Part shown: positions 1 to 8,643 of the stretch, piece after piece
Layout of the letters: the number at the start of each line of letters is the position of its first letter
Position numbering within the stretch: position 1 is the stretch's first letter
Assembly: GCA_946535435.1 (NCBI GenBank)
Contig: CAMNDM010000010.1
Coordinates: 23,559-87,558 of the forward strand
Reading direction: 5' to 3'
Source of the DNA: an uncultured Bacteroidales bacterium
GTDB lineage: Bacteria; Bacteroidota; Bacteroidia; Bacteroidales; Paludibacteraceae
Length of the DNA stretch: 64,000 nt
Notes under the pieces: generated by a model
Databases searched by the model: none
Told to the model about the DNA's origin: nothing
Seen by the model: only the letters and a program-made list of their open reading frames with translations
Program-made: the position numbers and the translations under genes

Positions 1-23
1 ATCCATAGAAAAACAGGTAATTT

Positions 24-752
24 TTAGGTGTAGAGACCTCCGTTGACTGATATGGCTTGCCCTGTGACGTATGCGGCTTCTTTTGATGCAAGGAAGCCTA
101 CAACAGCAGCTACTTCTTCTGGAGTTCCGAAGCGGTTGGCCGGAATCTGTTTCTTGAGTTCTGCCTCATCAAGATCTTTTGTCATATCTGTTTGTATGAA
201 TCCAGGACAGATGGCGTTAACGGTAACGTTTTTGCGGGCAACTTCTTGTGCCAATGCTTTTGTCGCGCCAATAAGTCCGCTCTTGGCAGCCGAATAGTTG
301 GTTTGTCCGGGAAGTCCTTTTAATCCAGATAGGGATGACATGTTGATGATGCGGCCGAATTTTTTGATGAGCATATCTTTCAACAGAGCCCGTGTCACAT
401 ACATGAAACCATAAAGGGTAGTGTCAAGAACGCTGCTCCATTCTTCGTCGGTCATCCACATCAGCATGTTGTCGTGGCGGATGCCTGCATTATTTACAAG
501 GACGCTTATATATTCGCCTTTGTGGGCTTCTTGCCATTTGCTGATGGCGGTTTCTACCGATTCCTTATTGGCAACGTCAAATGGGAGAAGCTCGCCGTCG
601 CTGCCAGCTTCTTTTACGGCTTCGAGGGTGGCTTCTGCCTCCGCTGCATTGCTTCTGTAATTGATAACGATATAGTAACCCATCTGGGCCAGCTTGATGG
701 CGCAAGCGCGGCCAATGCCGCGGGAACCGCCTGTAATAAGTGCTATGTCCAT
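24..752 (-). CDS. SDR-family 3-oxoacyl-[ACP] reductase (FabG-like)
   Basis: 242-aa ORF with the TGGSRGIG nucleotide-binding motif, NNAG and catalytic YSAAK. It lies 16 nt downstream of the ammonia-lyase gene on the same strand. Confidence 0.85.
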   Translation of the reverse strand: MDIALITGGSRGIGRACAIKLAQMGYYIVINYRSNAAEAEATLEAVKEAGSDGELLPFDVANKESVETAISKWQEAHKGEYISVLVNNAGIRHDNMLMWMTDEEWSSVLDTTLYGFMYVTRALLKDMLIKKFGRIINMSSLSGLKGLPGQTNYSAAKSGLIGATKALAQEVARKNVTVNAICPGFIQTDMTKDLDEAELKKQIPANRFGTPEEVAAVVGFLASKEAAYVTGQAISVNGGLYT

Positions 753-768
753 AGTTTGTTGCTTGTCT

Positions 769-2301
769 TTAGTTTCTGATATCTGCTTTCTTTAGGTATT
801 CTTCTACCGCTGCTACAGATGTGTACAGCGGATAGTCTTCTGTGAAGACTGGGAATATCTTACGGACTTCGTCGTATACTTTGCGGGTTGCTGGGGCCAA
901 CTTGTCCTGTATTTTCAAATAGTCGACAGCCTGTGCCATGGTCATATAGTGGATAGCCATAACCTGGAAGGCATTGTTGATGACGCGTTTTGCAATGAGC
1001 GCCGAATTGGTGCCCATACTTACAATGTCTTGGTTGTCGTTGTTGTTTGGTATCGAGTGCACATACATTGGATTCGAGAGCGTTTGGCACTCGGCTGTGG
1101 TGCTGGTTGCCGTGAATTGTGAAGCCTGGAGGCCGTAGTTGAGCCCCAGGGTGCCTAAATTCACGAAAGGAGGCAGAATGCCGCCGTTGATGCGGTCGTG
1201 GAACAGGTAGTTCATTTGGCGTTCCATCGTCATCGTCATTTTTGTAACCGCCATCTTTAGTTTGTCCATCTCGAAACTTACGTAGTCGCCATGGAAGTTT
1301 CCTCCATGGTAGACGTTTTGTGTGGCAACGTCTACGATTGGATTGTCGCAGGCCGAATTGACCTCATTTTCCAGAACCCGTGCGGTGTTTTCTATGGTTT
1401 CAAGTATAGGCCCCATAATTTGAGGAATGCAGCGTAGCGAATAGTAAGGCTGCACCTTGTGCTTGAACACTTTTTCCTCATGGTGCTTGTACATCTCGTT
1501 CTCGCGTTTCAGCATGCAACCGCTGCCTGTGGCAATTTCACGTAGTTTTGCTGCTACTTTTTGCTGCCCCTGCTGTCTCCTTACCCCGTTAAGGGTTTCG
1601 CTCATCAGGTCGTCGAAAGAAGATACAATCTCGTTGACGAGGACTGATGCGGTAAGCGCCCAGTGGAACAGACGCTGTGCGTTAAAGAGGTTGACTAACC
1701 CTATACCCGTCATAAACGAGGTGCCGTTGGTGATGGACAAACCTTCGCGAATGTGTATTCCGAATGGTTTGATTCCCAACTCTTTCAGTACTTTGCCAGA
1801 ATCCTGCCATTCGCCGTTGTAGTTGACCTTCCCCTCGCCGATAAGTGTCAGGGCAAGGTGTGCCAGTTGGACGAGGTCGCCGCTTGCACCTACACTTCCG
1901 TGTTCGGGAATGAAAGGTATAATGTTGTTGTTAATGAATGAAAGCAACAAATTGACTACTTCGGGATGAACACCGCTTTGGGCCTGCAAAAAAGTTCCCA
2001 GACGGGCTATCATTGCAGCTTTGACATAGATGTTGGGAAGAGGCTCGCCTGCTCCGGTGGCATGGCTGCGGATGATGTTGTACTGCAAGGCTGTCCTGTC
2101 TTCCTCGCTTACACGGTATTGGGCCATAGGACCGAAGCCCGTGTTGATGCCGTATATAATCCTTTCGTGAGAAAAACGGTCAAGAAAATCATAGCATTCT
2201 TGAATCTTGCTTATTGTGTTTCCGCTGATTGCTAATTTTTTGCCACCAAAAAGAATCTCTTTGATGATTTGCAATGACAGATAATCCTCTTCTTGTGTCA
2301 T
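769..2301 (-). CDS. MIO-dependent aromatic amino-acid ammonia-lyase (HAL/TAL/PAL family)
   Basis: 510-aa ORF. The GSVGASGDLVQLAH motif contains the Ala-Ser-Gly triad that forms the MIO cofactor. Confidence 0.85.
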   Translation of the reverse strand: MTQEEDYLSLQIIKEILFGGKKLAISGNTISKIQECYDFLDRFSHERIIYGINTGFGPMAQYRVSEEDRTALQYNIIRSHATGAGEPLPNIYVKAAMIARLGTFLQAQSGVHPEVVNLLLSFINNNIIPFIPEHGSVGASGDLVQLAHLALTLIGEGKVNYNGEWQDSGKVLKELGIKPFGIHIREGLSITNGTSFMTGIGLVNLFNAQRLFHWALTASVLVNEIVSSFDDLMSETLNGVRRQQGQQKVAAKLREIATGSGCMLKRENEMYKHHEEKVFKHKVQPYYSLRCIPQIMGPILETIENTARVLENEVNSACDNPIVDVATQNVYHGGNFHGDYVSFEMDKLKMAVTKMTMTMERQMNYLFHDRINGGILPPFVNLGTLGLNYGLQASQFTATSTTAECQTLSNPMYVHSIPNNNDNQDIVSMGTNSALIAKRVINNAFQVMAIHYMTMAQAVDYLKIQDKLAPATRKVYDEVRKIFPVFTEDYPLYTSVAAVEEYLKKADIRN

Positions 2302-2328
2302 CTTTTATTTGTGCGTATTAGTTTTCTG

Positions 2329-2336
2329 CAAATATA
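2329..2336 (-). promoter_or_regulatory. putative Bacteroidota -7 box (TAnnTTTG) for the ammonia-lyase/FabG operon
   Basis: Plus strand reads caaatata, which is TATATTTG on the minus strand, 28 nt upstream of the ATG at 2301. Confidence 0.5.
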
Positions 2337-2424
2337 GTTTATTTTGATGATAAAAATGGGACGATGGCATGCCCATTAATTCTTTAATGCCTTCTTTTTT
2401 AGGAATATTTTGCAAATAAACGAT

Positions 2425-2451
2425 AAAAGCCTTTCTGCAACGCAGAAAGGC
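2425..2451 (-). terminator. rho-independent terminator downstream of rpsT
   Basis: 9-bp stem gcctttctg/cagaaaggc (2429-2437 / 2443-2451) with a 5-nt loop, followed on the minus strand by TTTT. Confidence 0.7.
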
Positions 2452-2480
2452 TTAATATCTCTTTTCCCCTAATTTAGAAC

Positions 2481-2735
2481 TTAGGCTAAAGCATTGACTT
2501 TCTTGGCCAGTTTTGACTTCAAGTTAGCAGCCTTGTTCTTGTGGATGATGTTCTTTTTAGCGAGTTTGTCGAGCAAGCTGGCTACCTTAGGAAGGAGTGC
2601 TGTTGCTTCGTTCTTGTCGCTAGTTGCGCGAAGTGCGCTAACTGCATTACGGGTAGTTTTTGCGTAATATCTATTGTGCAAACGAGCTACCTTAGCCTGT
2701 CTTACTCTCTTGAGAGTTGATTTGTGATTTGCCAT
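2481..2735 (-). CDS. rpsT: 30S ribosomal protein S20
   Basis: 84-aa basic ORF beginning [13 protein letters not shown], with a typical S20 N-terminus and length. Confidence 0.95.
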   Translation of the reverse strand: MANHKSTLKRVRQAKVARLHNRYYAKTTRNAVSALRATSDKNEATALLPKVASLLDKLAKKNIIHKNKAANLKSKLAKKVNALA

Positions 2736-2759
2736 CTTATTGTTAATCTTTTATTAATG

Positions 2760-2831
2760 TAGTCCATGGCGGAATCGAACCGCCCTTGCAAGAATGAAAA
2801 TCTTGAGTACTAACCGATATACGAATGGACC
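2760..2831 (-). tRNA. tRNA-Glu (anticodon UUC), copy 1
   Basis: The 72-nt reverse complement is GGTCCATTCGTATATCGGTTAGTACTCAAGATTTTCATTCTTGCAAGGGCGGTTCGATTCCGCCATGGACTA. The acceptor stem is GGTCCAT/ATGGACT, the anticodon stem CAAGA/TCTTG, the loop TTTTCAT, and the T-arm GGTTCGATTCC. Confidence 0.9.
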
Positions 2832-2869
2832 AGCCTTGAAAATTTATTTTCTTTATTTGTCAGGGACTG

Positions 2870-2877
2870 CAAAATTA
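2870..2877 (-). promoter_or_regulatory. putative -7 box (TAnnTTTG) for tRNA-Glu copy 1
   Basis: Plus strand caaaatta is TAATTTTG on the minus strand, 39 nt upstream of the tRNA 5' end. Confidence 0.5.
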
Positions 2878-2953
2878 AGCAACTTTTGTGCCCTTTCAAA
2901 TTCTTTCATTAAAAAAGATAACTCCTTTTGAGAATTATCCTTTCTAATTGTTG

Positions 2954-3025
2954 TAGTCCATGGCGGAATCGAACCGCCCTTGCAAGAATGAAAATCTTGA
3001 GTACTAACCGATATACGAATGGACC
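2954..3025 (-). tRNA. tRNA-Glu (anticodon UUC), copy 2
   Basis: 72 nt identical to copy 1. The immediate 5' flank (cagccttgaaa on the plus strand) is shared too. Confidence 0.9.
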
Positions 3026-3060
3026 AGCCTTGAAATTTTCTTTTTGCTGTTAAGCGAGTG

Positions 3061-3068
3061 CAAAGTTA
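3061..3068 (-). promoter_or_regulatory. putative -7 box (TAnnTTTG) for tRNA-Glu copy 2
   Basis: Plus strand caaagtta is TAACTTTG on the minus strand, 36 nt upstream of the tRNA 5' end. Confidence 0.5.
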
Positions 3069-3115
3069 GATTATTATTTTGTATTCTCCAAATTCTCGCT
3101 TAAGATTTTTGCTTT

Positions 3116-3730
3116 TTATTTCTCCTCGTCTGCTTGAGCTCGCGATTTTTTGCCCAGATAGCCACCATGGTGACGTTTGGCGTATTGTTCGCTTGTGTAG
3201 CCTATGGCTGTCATTGTTCCCACTACCAAGATGTCGCCTATTACGGTCATCATTGTGGTTGAGGTGGTAGGGGTGAGCCCGAGCGGACAAACCTCTTTCG
3301 GATTGCCGGTATACAGACATATGTCTGCCGATTTCGCCAACTGGCTCTCTTTGCCGCCTGTGATGACGATGAATTTGATGTCGGGACGCAAACCCCTGGC
3401 AAGTGTCACCAGGTCTACAATCTCGTTCGTCTTCCCCGAATTAGAGATGAGTAACATGACATCGTTAGGCTGGAGTATGCCTAAGTCGCCGTGTTGGGCT
3501 TCTGCTGGATGTAAAAAAACTGCAGGGGTGCCGGTTGAACTGAATGTCGTGGCAATGTTCATGGCAATCTGTCCTGCCTTGCCCATACCGCTAGTCACCA
3601 ACTTCCCGCCTTTCTTGTTCACTTGTTCTACAATCAGATCGATGGCTTTTGTGTAGTCGTCGGTGATTGGCAGATTGAGTATCGAATCTGCTTCGTGTCT
3701 CAGAATCTCTTTTATTTTTGACTCTTCCAT
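3116..3730 (-). CDS. SIS-domain sugar-phosphate isomerase (KpsF/GutQ-like, no CBS domains)
   Basis: 204-aa ORF with SIS landmarks GKLVTSGMGKAGQIA and LLISNSGKTNE. Confidence 0.75.
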   Translation of the reverse strand: MEESKIKEILRHEADSILNLPITDDYTKAIDLIVEQVNKKGGKLVTSGMGKAGQIAMNIATTFSSTGTPAVFLHPAEAQHGDLGILQPNDVMLLISNSGKTNEIVDLVTLARGLRPDIKFIVITGGKESQLAKSADICLYTGNPKEVCPLGLTPTTSTTMMTVIGDILVVGTMTAIGYTSEQYAKRHHGGYLGKKSRAQADEEK

Positions 3731-3762
3731 TGTTTACTTTTCGAAACGTGTGAAAATCTTGG

Positions 3763-3770
3763 CAAATTTA
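3763..3770 (-). promoter_or_regulatory. putative -7 box (TAnnTTTG) for the SIS gene
   Basis: Plus strand caaattta is TAAATTTG on the minus strand, 33 nt upstream of the ATG at 3730. Confidence 0.5.
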
Positions 3771-3846
3771 GTTCTAAATCTTGTCTTCTGCAAATTGTAT
3801 CTTTTTTTACACTGACCTTTGACGCTGATGCTGGAGGTTTGCGCCT

Positions 3847-4389
3847 TTACAGGTTTGGCATACTGCTTTTCCTGTCTCCTATCTGTAGATATTTTACCGG
3901 TTTGAATCCCAATAACTTTGCTACGAATGCGCTTGGCCATTGGCGGATGATGCTGTTTAGGGCTGTGGCTGCGTTGTTGTAGGCCTGCCGGCTTTCGCGC
4001 ACATTGTTCTCAAACTCGTTCAGCTGGTCCATGGTGTTGTCGAAAATGGCCGAAGCCCTTATCTCCGGATATTGCTCTAAGACGGCGTTCAACCGTGACA
4101 TTATCTGCCTTTGCTCTTTCTGCTGTTGTAGGGCTTCTTCGGTTGTGCCGATGCTGTCGTATCGGCGTTCCTCTATCACGCTCATCAGCGTGTCGTGCTC
4201 GTGCTTTGAATAGTCTGCAGTCAGTTTTGCCAGTGTTACGATGGCATCCCAGCGTGTCTCCATCTGAACGCCTATCTGGCTGAGCGCGTTTTTGACTCGT
4301 TCGTCTGAACTTACCAGATCGCGTTGGGTAGATATAAAGTAGTACACCGCACATGCGATAATTAAGAATGTTAGAATGAGTAGTGGCAT
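3847..4389 (-). CDS. lemA: LemA family protein
   Basis: 180-aa ORF with an N-terminal TM helix followed by LemA-type helical repeats (NALSQIGVQMETRWD..., AYNNAATALNSIIRQWPSAFVAKLLGFKP). Confidence 0.85.
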   Translation of the reverse strand: MPLLILTFLIIACAVYYFISTQRDLVSSDERVKNALSQIGVQMETRWDAIVTLAKLTADYSKHEHDTLMSVIEERRYDSIGTTEEALQQQKEQRQIMSRLNAVLEQYPEIRASAIFDNTMDQLNEFENNVRESRQAYNNAATALNSIIRQWPSAFVAKLLGFKPVKYLQIGDRKSSMPNL

Positions 4390-4587
4390 AATCTTTTCCT
4401 ATTTTTTGTTTTTGACTAGAGTTTGTTTTCTAAATATGGGTAGTGTGCTGTTCTTTTGCTTCTACTGGAATTTTTTAGCTTGTTAGCCTATGTGAGTGCC
4501 GAAAGCGGAGTCGTGGGGCAGGGCAACACCGTTTGTTGTCTTGTTTTACCGTGCCCTGTGCAACATTCCGTTGAATGAGGTTTGAAT

Positions 4588-5145
4588 TTAAACCTGTCTC
4601 ATTTCAATGTGTTGCCGGACTTTTACTGTGCAGTCGGTCACGTTGTTGACGGGAATCAATCCCTCTTGGAACTGTTTTGGGGTAAAACGCTGTTCGCGGG
4701 CTACCTCGGCCTGAGCCATTATGTGGTCGTAAAAGTGGTTGATGCTAAGAAGAAAAACGGGCTTCTTGTGGATGCCGACCTGTCCGCATGCCACCACATG
4801 GAAAATTTCGTCGAGTGTGCCGAAACCTCCCGGCAGGGCGATGAACAGGTCGCTTTTCTCCATCATCATGTTTTTCCGTTCCACCATATCGTGTGTTACT
4901 ATAATTTGGTCGGCTTTTTCGCTGGCTAGCCCGTTGTCGTACATAAATTGGGGCATGATGCCAACAACTGTTCCTCCGTGTTCGTTGACTGCGGTGGCAA
5001 TAGTCTCCATCAGCCCTTGACGGGTGCCCCCGTAATATATGGTGTGGTGGTTCTTGCCAATCCATTCGCCCAGTATCGCAGCCTGCTCGTAGTAGACGGG
5101 GGCCAGATCGTCGCTAGCCGAGCAGAATATACCTATGTTTGCCAT
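4588..5145 (-). CDS. LOG family protein (TIGR00730, cytokinin riboside 5'-monophosphate phosphoribohydrolase-like)
   Basis: Contains the PGGFGTLDE and GGTRQGLM motifs. I trimmed the start to the ATG at 5145 (MANIGIFCSAS) because a -7 box lies inside the longer ORF-track extension. Confidence 0.85.
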   Translation of the reverse strand: MANIGIFCSASDDLAPVYYEQAAILGEWIGKNHHTIYYGGTRQGLMETIATAVNEHGGTVVGIMPQFMYDNGLASEKADQIIVTHDMVERKNMMMEKSDLFIALPGGFGTLDEIFHVVACGQVGIHKKPVFLLSINHFYDHIMAQAEVAREQRFTPKQFQEGLIPVNNVTDCTVKVRQHIEMRQV

Positions 5146-5177
5146 TTTTTTTATTTGTGCTTTCTTAATGTTTATTC

Positions 5178-5185
5178 CAAATATA
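5178..5185 (-). promoter_or_regulatory. putative -7 box (TAnnTTTG) for the LOG gene
   Basis: Plus strand caaatata is TATATTTG on the minus strand, 33 nt upstream of the ATG at 5145. Confidence 0.5.
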
Positions 5186-5320
5186 AAAAAAATCTTTCTT
5201 CCCTTTCCCCTTGTTTGTGTTAAAAAAACAGACGCATCCAAAGAAAAAGGCGGTCGGACGGCAGAATGTCGATTTATAGTTTTTTTCTGGGCTATAATTA
5301 CAAGTTCGCACTATTTTTTA

Positions 5321-5328
5321 TATTTTTG
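5321..5328 (+). promoter_or_regulatory. putative -7 box (TAnnTTTG) for mdh
   Basis: TATTTTTG lies 106 nt upstream of the mdh ATG. Confidence 0.4.
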
Positions 5329-5433
5329 CCATTGATATCTGTGGCTGCTGGCGAAAGTTAGAGGCTTATTACCTCTCCCTTTTTGAAGTGACTACCTGTG
5401 TTGAGAATATCATTTACTTAATTTTAAATAAAT

Positions 5434-6444
5434 ATGAAGGTTAAAGTTTTAACTAACAAGAAGTTGCTCTTGGTTGGAGCAGGTGGTGCAATTGGTTCTA
5501 ACATGGCTCAGACTGCAGCTATGCTTGGTCTTTCATCAAACATCTGTCTTTACGATATTTTTGAACAGGGCGTTCATGGTGTTTATGAGGAGATGCGTCA
5601 CTGTGGTTTCGATGGTGTAAACTTCTCTTATACTACCGATGCCAAGGAAGCTTTCACTGATGCTGAATATATTATTTCTTCTGGTGGTGCTCCTCGTAAA
5701 GAGGGTATGACTCGTGAAGACCTTTTGAAGGGTAATGCCCAGATTGCAGCTGATTTTGCGGACAAAGTAAAGCAGTATTGCCCAAATTGTAAGCACATTG
5801 TTGTTATTTTTAACCCAGCAGATATCACTGGTCTTATCGTATTGGTTCGTTCTGGTTTGAAGCCTGAACAGGTTACTACTCTTGCTGGTTTGGACTCTAC
5901 CCGTCTTCAGAGCGAGTTGGCTAACCACTTTGGTATTGAACAGACCAAGGTTAACGGCTGTATCACCCTTGGCGGTCACGGCGAAAAGATGGTGCCTGTA
6001 ACTTCTAACGTTACTGTCGACGGCACTCCTTTGACCCAGCTTGTTGGTACTTCCAAGTTGACTAAGGAACAGTTCGAGGAAATCAAGCAGAAGACTATTC
6101 AGGGTGGTTCTAACATCATCAAGTTGCGTGGCCGCTCTTCTTTCCAGAGCCCTGCTTACGTTGCTGTCCGCATGATTGAAGGTGCAATGGGCGGTGTTCC
6201 GTTCACTTTGCCTGCTGGCTGCTTCGTGAAAGATGGCATGTATGGCTACAAGAACGTTTGTATGGCCATGAAGTCTATTATCGATGAAAACGGTGTCAGC
6301 TACGTTGAAGCTAAACTTTCTGCTGAAGAAAAGGCTGCTCTCGATGCCAGCTACAAGCACTTGGAGGCTATGCGCGACGAAATTATCGGTTTCGGTATCC
6401 TTCCTCCTGTTAACGAGTGGAAGAAAATCAACCCTAACCTCTAA
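5434..6444 (+). CDS. mdh: NAD-dependent malate dehydrogenase (LDH/MDH superfamily, Bacteroidota type)
   Basis: 336-aa ORF with the Rossmann motif LVGAGGAIGSN, SGGAPRKEGMTREDLL, NPADITG and GGHGEKMVP. Confidence 0.9.
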   Translation: MKVKVLTNKKLLLVGAGGAIGSNMAQTAAMLGLSSNICLYDIFEQGVHGVYEEMRHCGFDGVNFSYTTDAKEAFTDAEYIISSGGAPRKEGMTREDLLKGNAQIAADFADKVKQYCPNCKHIVVIFNPADITGLIVLVRSGLKPEQVTTLAGLDSTRLQSELANHFGIEQTKVNGCITLGGHGEKMVPVTSNVTVDGTPLTQLVGTSKLTKEQFEEIKQKTIQGGSNIIKLRGRSSFQSPAYVAVRMIEGAMGGVPFTLPAGCFVKDGMYGYKNVCMAMKSIIDENGVSYVEAKLSAEEKAALDASYKHLEAMRDEIIGFGILPPVNEWKKINPNL

Positions 6445-6467
6445 TTTAGGGATTTTCAATAGGAAAA

Positions 6468-6499
6468 GGGCTATGCGGTTTGCGCATAGTCCTTTTTTT
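6468..6499 (+). terminator. rho-independent terminator after mdh
   Basis: Stem gggctatgcg/cgcatagtcc (one G-T pair) followed by seven T. Confidence 0.75.
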
Positions 6500-6687
6500 G
6501 TTTTGTCCTCACAGAACTGTTAGTTTGTTCGCCCAACTAACATATTCGTGTTATATCTAGTGTATTTTTATATTGTAAAAATACAAATTTGGCCTTGTTT
6601 TTGTATTTTATTTCATAAAAACGTATAGAATGCTAGTCAGCTTGCGTATTATGGTAGGTTCTGGCGCTTTCTAATGTTTTTTTTCTG

Positions 6688-6695
6688 TAACTTTG
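6688..6695 (+). promoter_or_regulatory. putative -7 box (TAnnTTTG) for panCD
   Basis: TAACTTTG lies 65 nt upstream of the panC ATG. Confidence 0.5.
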
Positions 6696-6759
6696 CACCC
6701 GATTGCAGCGGGCTAGGCCTTGCTGAAGGTGCTATTAATAATTAAAACCTGTTTTTGAA

Positions 6760-7608
6760 ATGAAAGTATTTGACAAGATTGCTGACGTTCAAAAGGAAAT
6801 TGCTCAATTGCGTAAGCAGGGTAAGACGATTGGTTTGGTCCCTACTATGGGCGCCCTTCATGAAGGACACCTCTCTTTGGTGAAACGTTGCGTTGAAGAA
6901 AACGATGTCTGCATTGTGGACGCTTTTGTTAATCCGACCCAATTTAATAATAAGACCGACTACGATAAGTATCCCCGTACAGTCGATGCTGATGCCAAGC
7001 TGCTGGAAGGTGCTGGTGCTACTATTGCCTGGTTCCCTACCGAGAGTGATATCTATCCGGAACCAGATACCCGTGTTTTCAACCTCGGCCCTTTGGCTGA
7101 GGTGATGGAAGGCCCTGCGCGTCCTGGACACTTCAATGGGGTTGCCCAGGTGTTGACCCGTCTGTTCGATATTGTGAAGCCTGACCGCGCTTATTTCGGA
7201 GAGAAGGATTTCCAACAGTTGGCCATTGTCCGCGAACTGGTTAAGAACTACCATATACCGGTGCAGATCGTTGGTTGCCCGATTGTGCGTGAGGCTGATG
7301 GACTTGCCCTCAGTAGCCGCAATATGCGCTTGTCTGCCGATGAGCGCCAGCATGCCCTCCGTATTTCGAAAACGCTTTTTGAAAGTGTGAAAAAGATGGG
7401 TTCGATGACGGTTGCCGAAGTCCAGAAATGGGTGTGTGATGAAATTAACAGCGAGCCATGTCTTGAAGTGGAGTATTTTGAAATTGCGGACTCCCTCTCT
7501 TTACAACCGGTTTCCAATTGGAACGATTCCGATAATATTGTCGGCTGCATTACAGTCTATTGTGGTGAAGTCCGTCTTATCGATAATATTCAATATAAGA
7601 AAGCCTGA
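6760..7608 (+). CDS. panC: pantoate--beta-alanine ligase
   Basis: 282-aa ORF with [14 protein letters not shown] (HIGH-type motif) and GEKDFQQL. Confidence 0.95.
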   Translation: MKVFDKIADVQKEIAQLRKQGKTIGLVPTMGALHEGHLSLVKRCVEENDVCIVDAFVNPTQFNNKTDYDKYPRTVDADAKLLEGAGATIAWFPTESDIYPEPDTRVFNLGPLAEVMEGPARPGHFNGVAQVLTRLFDIVKPDRAYFGEKDFQQLAIVRELVKNYHIPVQIVGCPIVREADGLALSSRNMRLSADERQHALRISKTLFESVKKMGSMTVAEVQKWVCDEINSEPCLEVEYFEIADSLSLQPVSNWNDSDNIVGCITVYCGEVRLIDNIQYKKA

Positions 7609-7613
7609 AAATA

Positions 7614-7967
7614 ATGCTTATTGAAGTCTTAAAATCGAAAATCCACCGTGTCAGGGTGACCGAGGCTGACCTGAATTACATCGGCAGTATTACCATTGAC
7701 GAGGACTTGATGGATGCGGCAAACATTATTGCTAACGAGAAGGTCCAAGTGGTTGACAACAACAATGGCGAGCGCCTTGAAACTTATGTCATCCCTGGTG
7801 AACGTGGTTCTGGTGTCATCTGTTTGAATGGTGCCGCTGCCCGTAAAGCCCAGAAGGGCGACATTGTCATTATTATGTCGTATGCACAGATGGATTTTGA
7901 AGAGGCCAAGACTTTTAAGCCTTCTGTGGTTTTCCCCGACCCTAACACCAACAAACTGATAGGGTGA
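7614..7967 (+). CDS. panD: aspartate 1-decarboxylase
   Basis: 117-aa ORF beginning [29 protein letters not shown], including the Gly-Ser self-processing site. Confidence 0.95.
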   Translation: MLIEVLKSKIHRVRVTEADLNYIGSITIDEDLMDAANIIANEKVQVVDNNNGERLETYVIPGERGSGVICLNGAAARKAQKGDIVIIMSYAQMDFEEAKTFKPSVVFPDPNTNKLIG

Positions 7968-8010
7968 TGTTTTTCGACGTTCTATTGCTTTTTAGATAAT
8001 TATCATTGCC

Positions 8011-8045
8011 GGGGATGCGTTGAATACGACGCATCCTCTTTTTTT
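8011..8045 (+). terminator. rho-independent terminator after panD
   Basis: Stem ggatgcgt/acgcatcc (8013-8020 / 8029-8036) followed by a T-run at 8039-8045. Confidence 0.75.
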
Positions 8046-8123
8046 GCAGGTAAGCGGTGCCGGGCTTTGGCGCTCTCGCTCTTGCGAGCTGCTGCATGCT
8101 GTTACTATATACGGTTGAAGAAG

Positions 8124-8564
8124 ATGAATGCTATGTGTGTCGACGATTTGTTGGAAAAACCTTATGTTGTTGTGGACTTTATTCCCCAACAGGTGCCAGA
8201 AGGTTCTGATGGCCAGTATTTTAATGTAGAAAACTTTTTCTTGAGACGTCCGTCCTATTTTAGTACGAAGTTTTTGGACTTATTGTTGAAACTGTATTGT
8301 TACTATAGCCTTGAAACAAGTACCGATGGAGAATGTTGGACGTTGAATCCCGACCCTGCCGCCCTTGAACGTAGCGTTTGCGCTTGTCTGGCTCGTGGTA
8401 CTTTCGAAACTTCTATGCTCTATGTGTGTTTCTTGAACAGGACGGTTCTTGTTGTGTTGGAAAGGGACTGTAGTTCACTGGCTGTGTACAATCCAACGCC
8501 TGATTTTGTTGAACTGCTGCGTAAGTTGGCAACTTCGGTTGGCTTGTTCGTCTGGCAACACTGA
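8124..8564 (+). CDS. hypothetical protein
   Basis: ORF-track 8067-8564 begins with a TTG close to the panD terminator. The first ATG (MNAMCVDDLLEKPYVVVDF) is at 8124. I recognise no motif. Confidence 0.55.
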   Translation: MNAMCVDDLLEKPYVVVDFIPQQVPEGSDGQYFNVENFFLRRPSYFSTKFLDLLLKLYCYYSLETSTDGECWTLNPDPAALERSVCACLARGTFETSMLYVCFLNRTVLVVLERDCSSLAVYNPTPDFVELLRKLATSVGLFVWQH

Positions 8565-8579
8565 GGTGTGAAAAAGAAA

Positions 8580-8607
8580 CCCCGCAATCTGTTTTCAGAT
8601 TGCGGGG
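8580..8607. terminator. bidirectional hairpin between convergent genes
   Basis: 11-bp stem ccccgcaatct/agattgcgggg with a 6-nt loop, between the stop at 8564 (+) and the stop at 8644 (-). Confidence 0.65.
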
Positions 8608-8643
8608 GCTTTATTAATTAATATGTACTTTTTGAAGGACGTG

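Noticed and set aside
2760-3025. The duplicated tRNA-Glu genes could mark an integration site of a mobile element.
   Set aside because: The 122-bp spacer between the copies is too short to hold cargo. No integrase or partial-tRNA att repeat is nearby, and each copy has its own promoter box. This is an ordinary tandem tRNA pair.
3734-3940. A 68-aa highly basic ORF on the minus strand between the LemA and SIS genes.
   Set aside because: It overlaps the 3' end of the well-supported LemA gene by about 94 nt in another frame. Its downstream part also covers the -7 box of the SIS gene. I see no ribosomal-protein-like motif.
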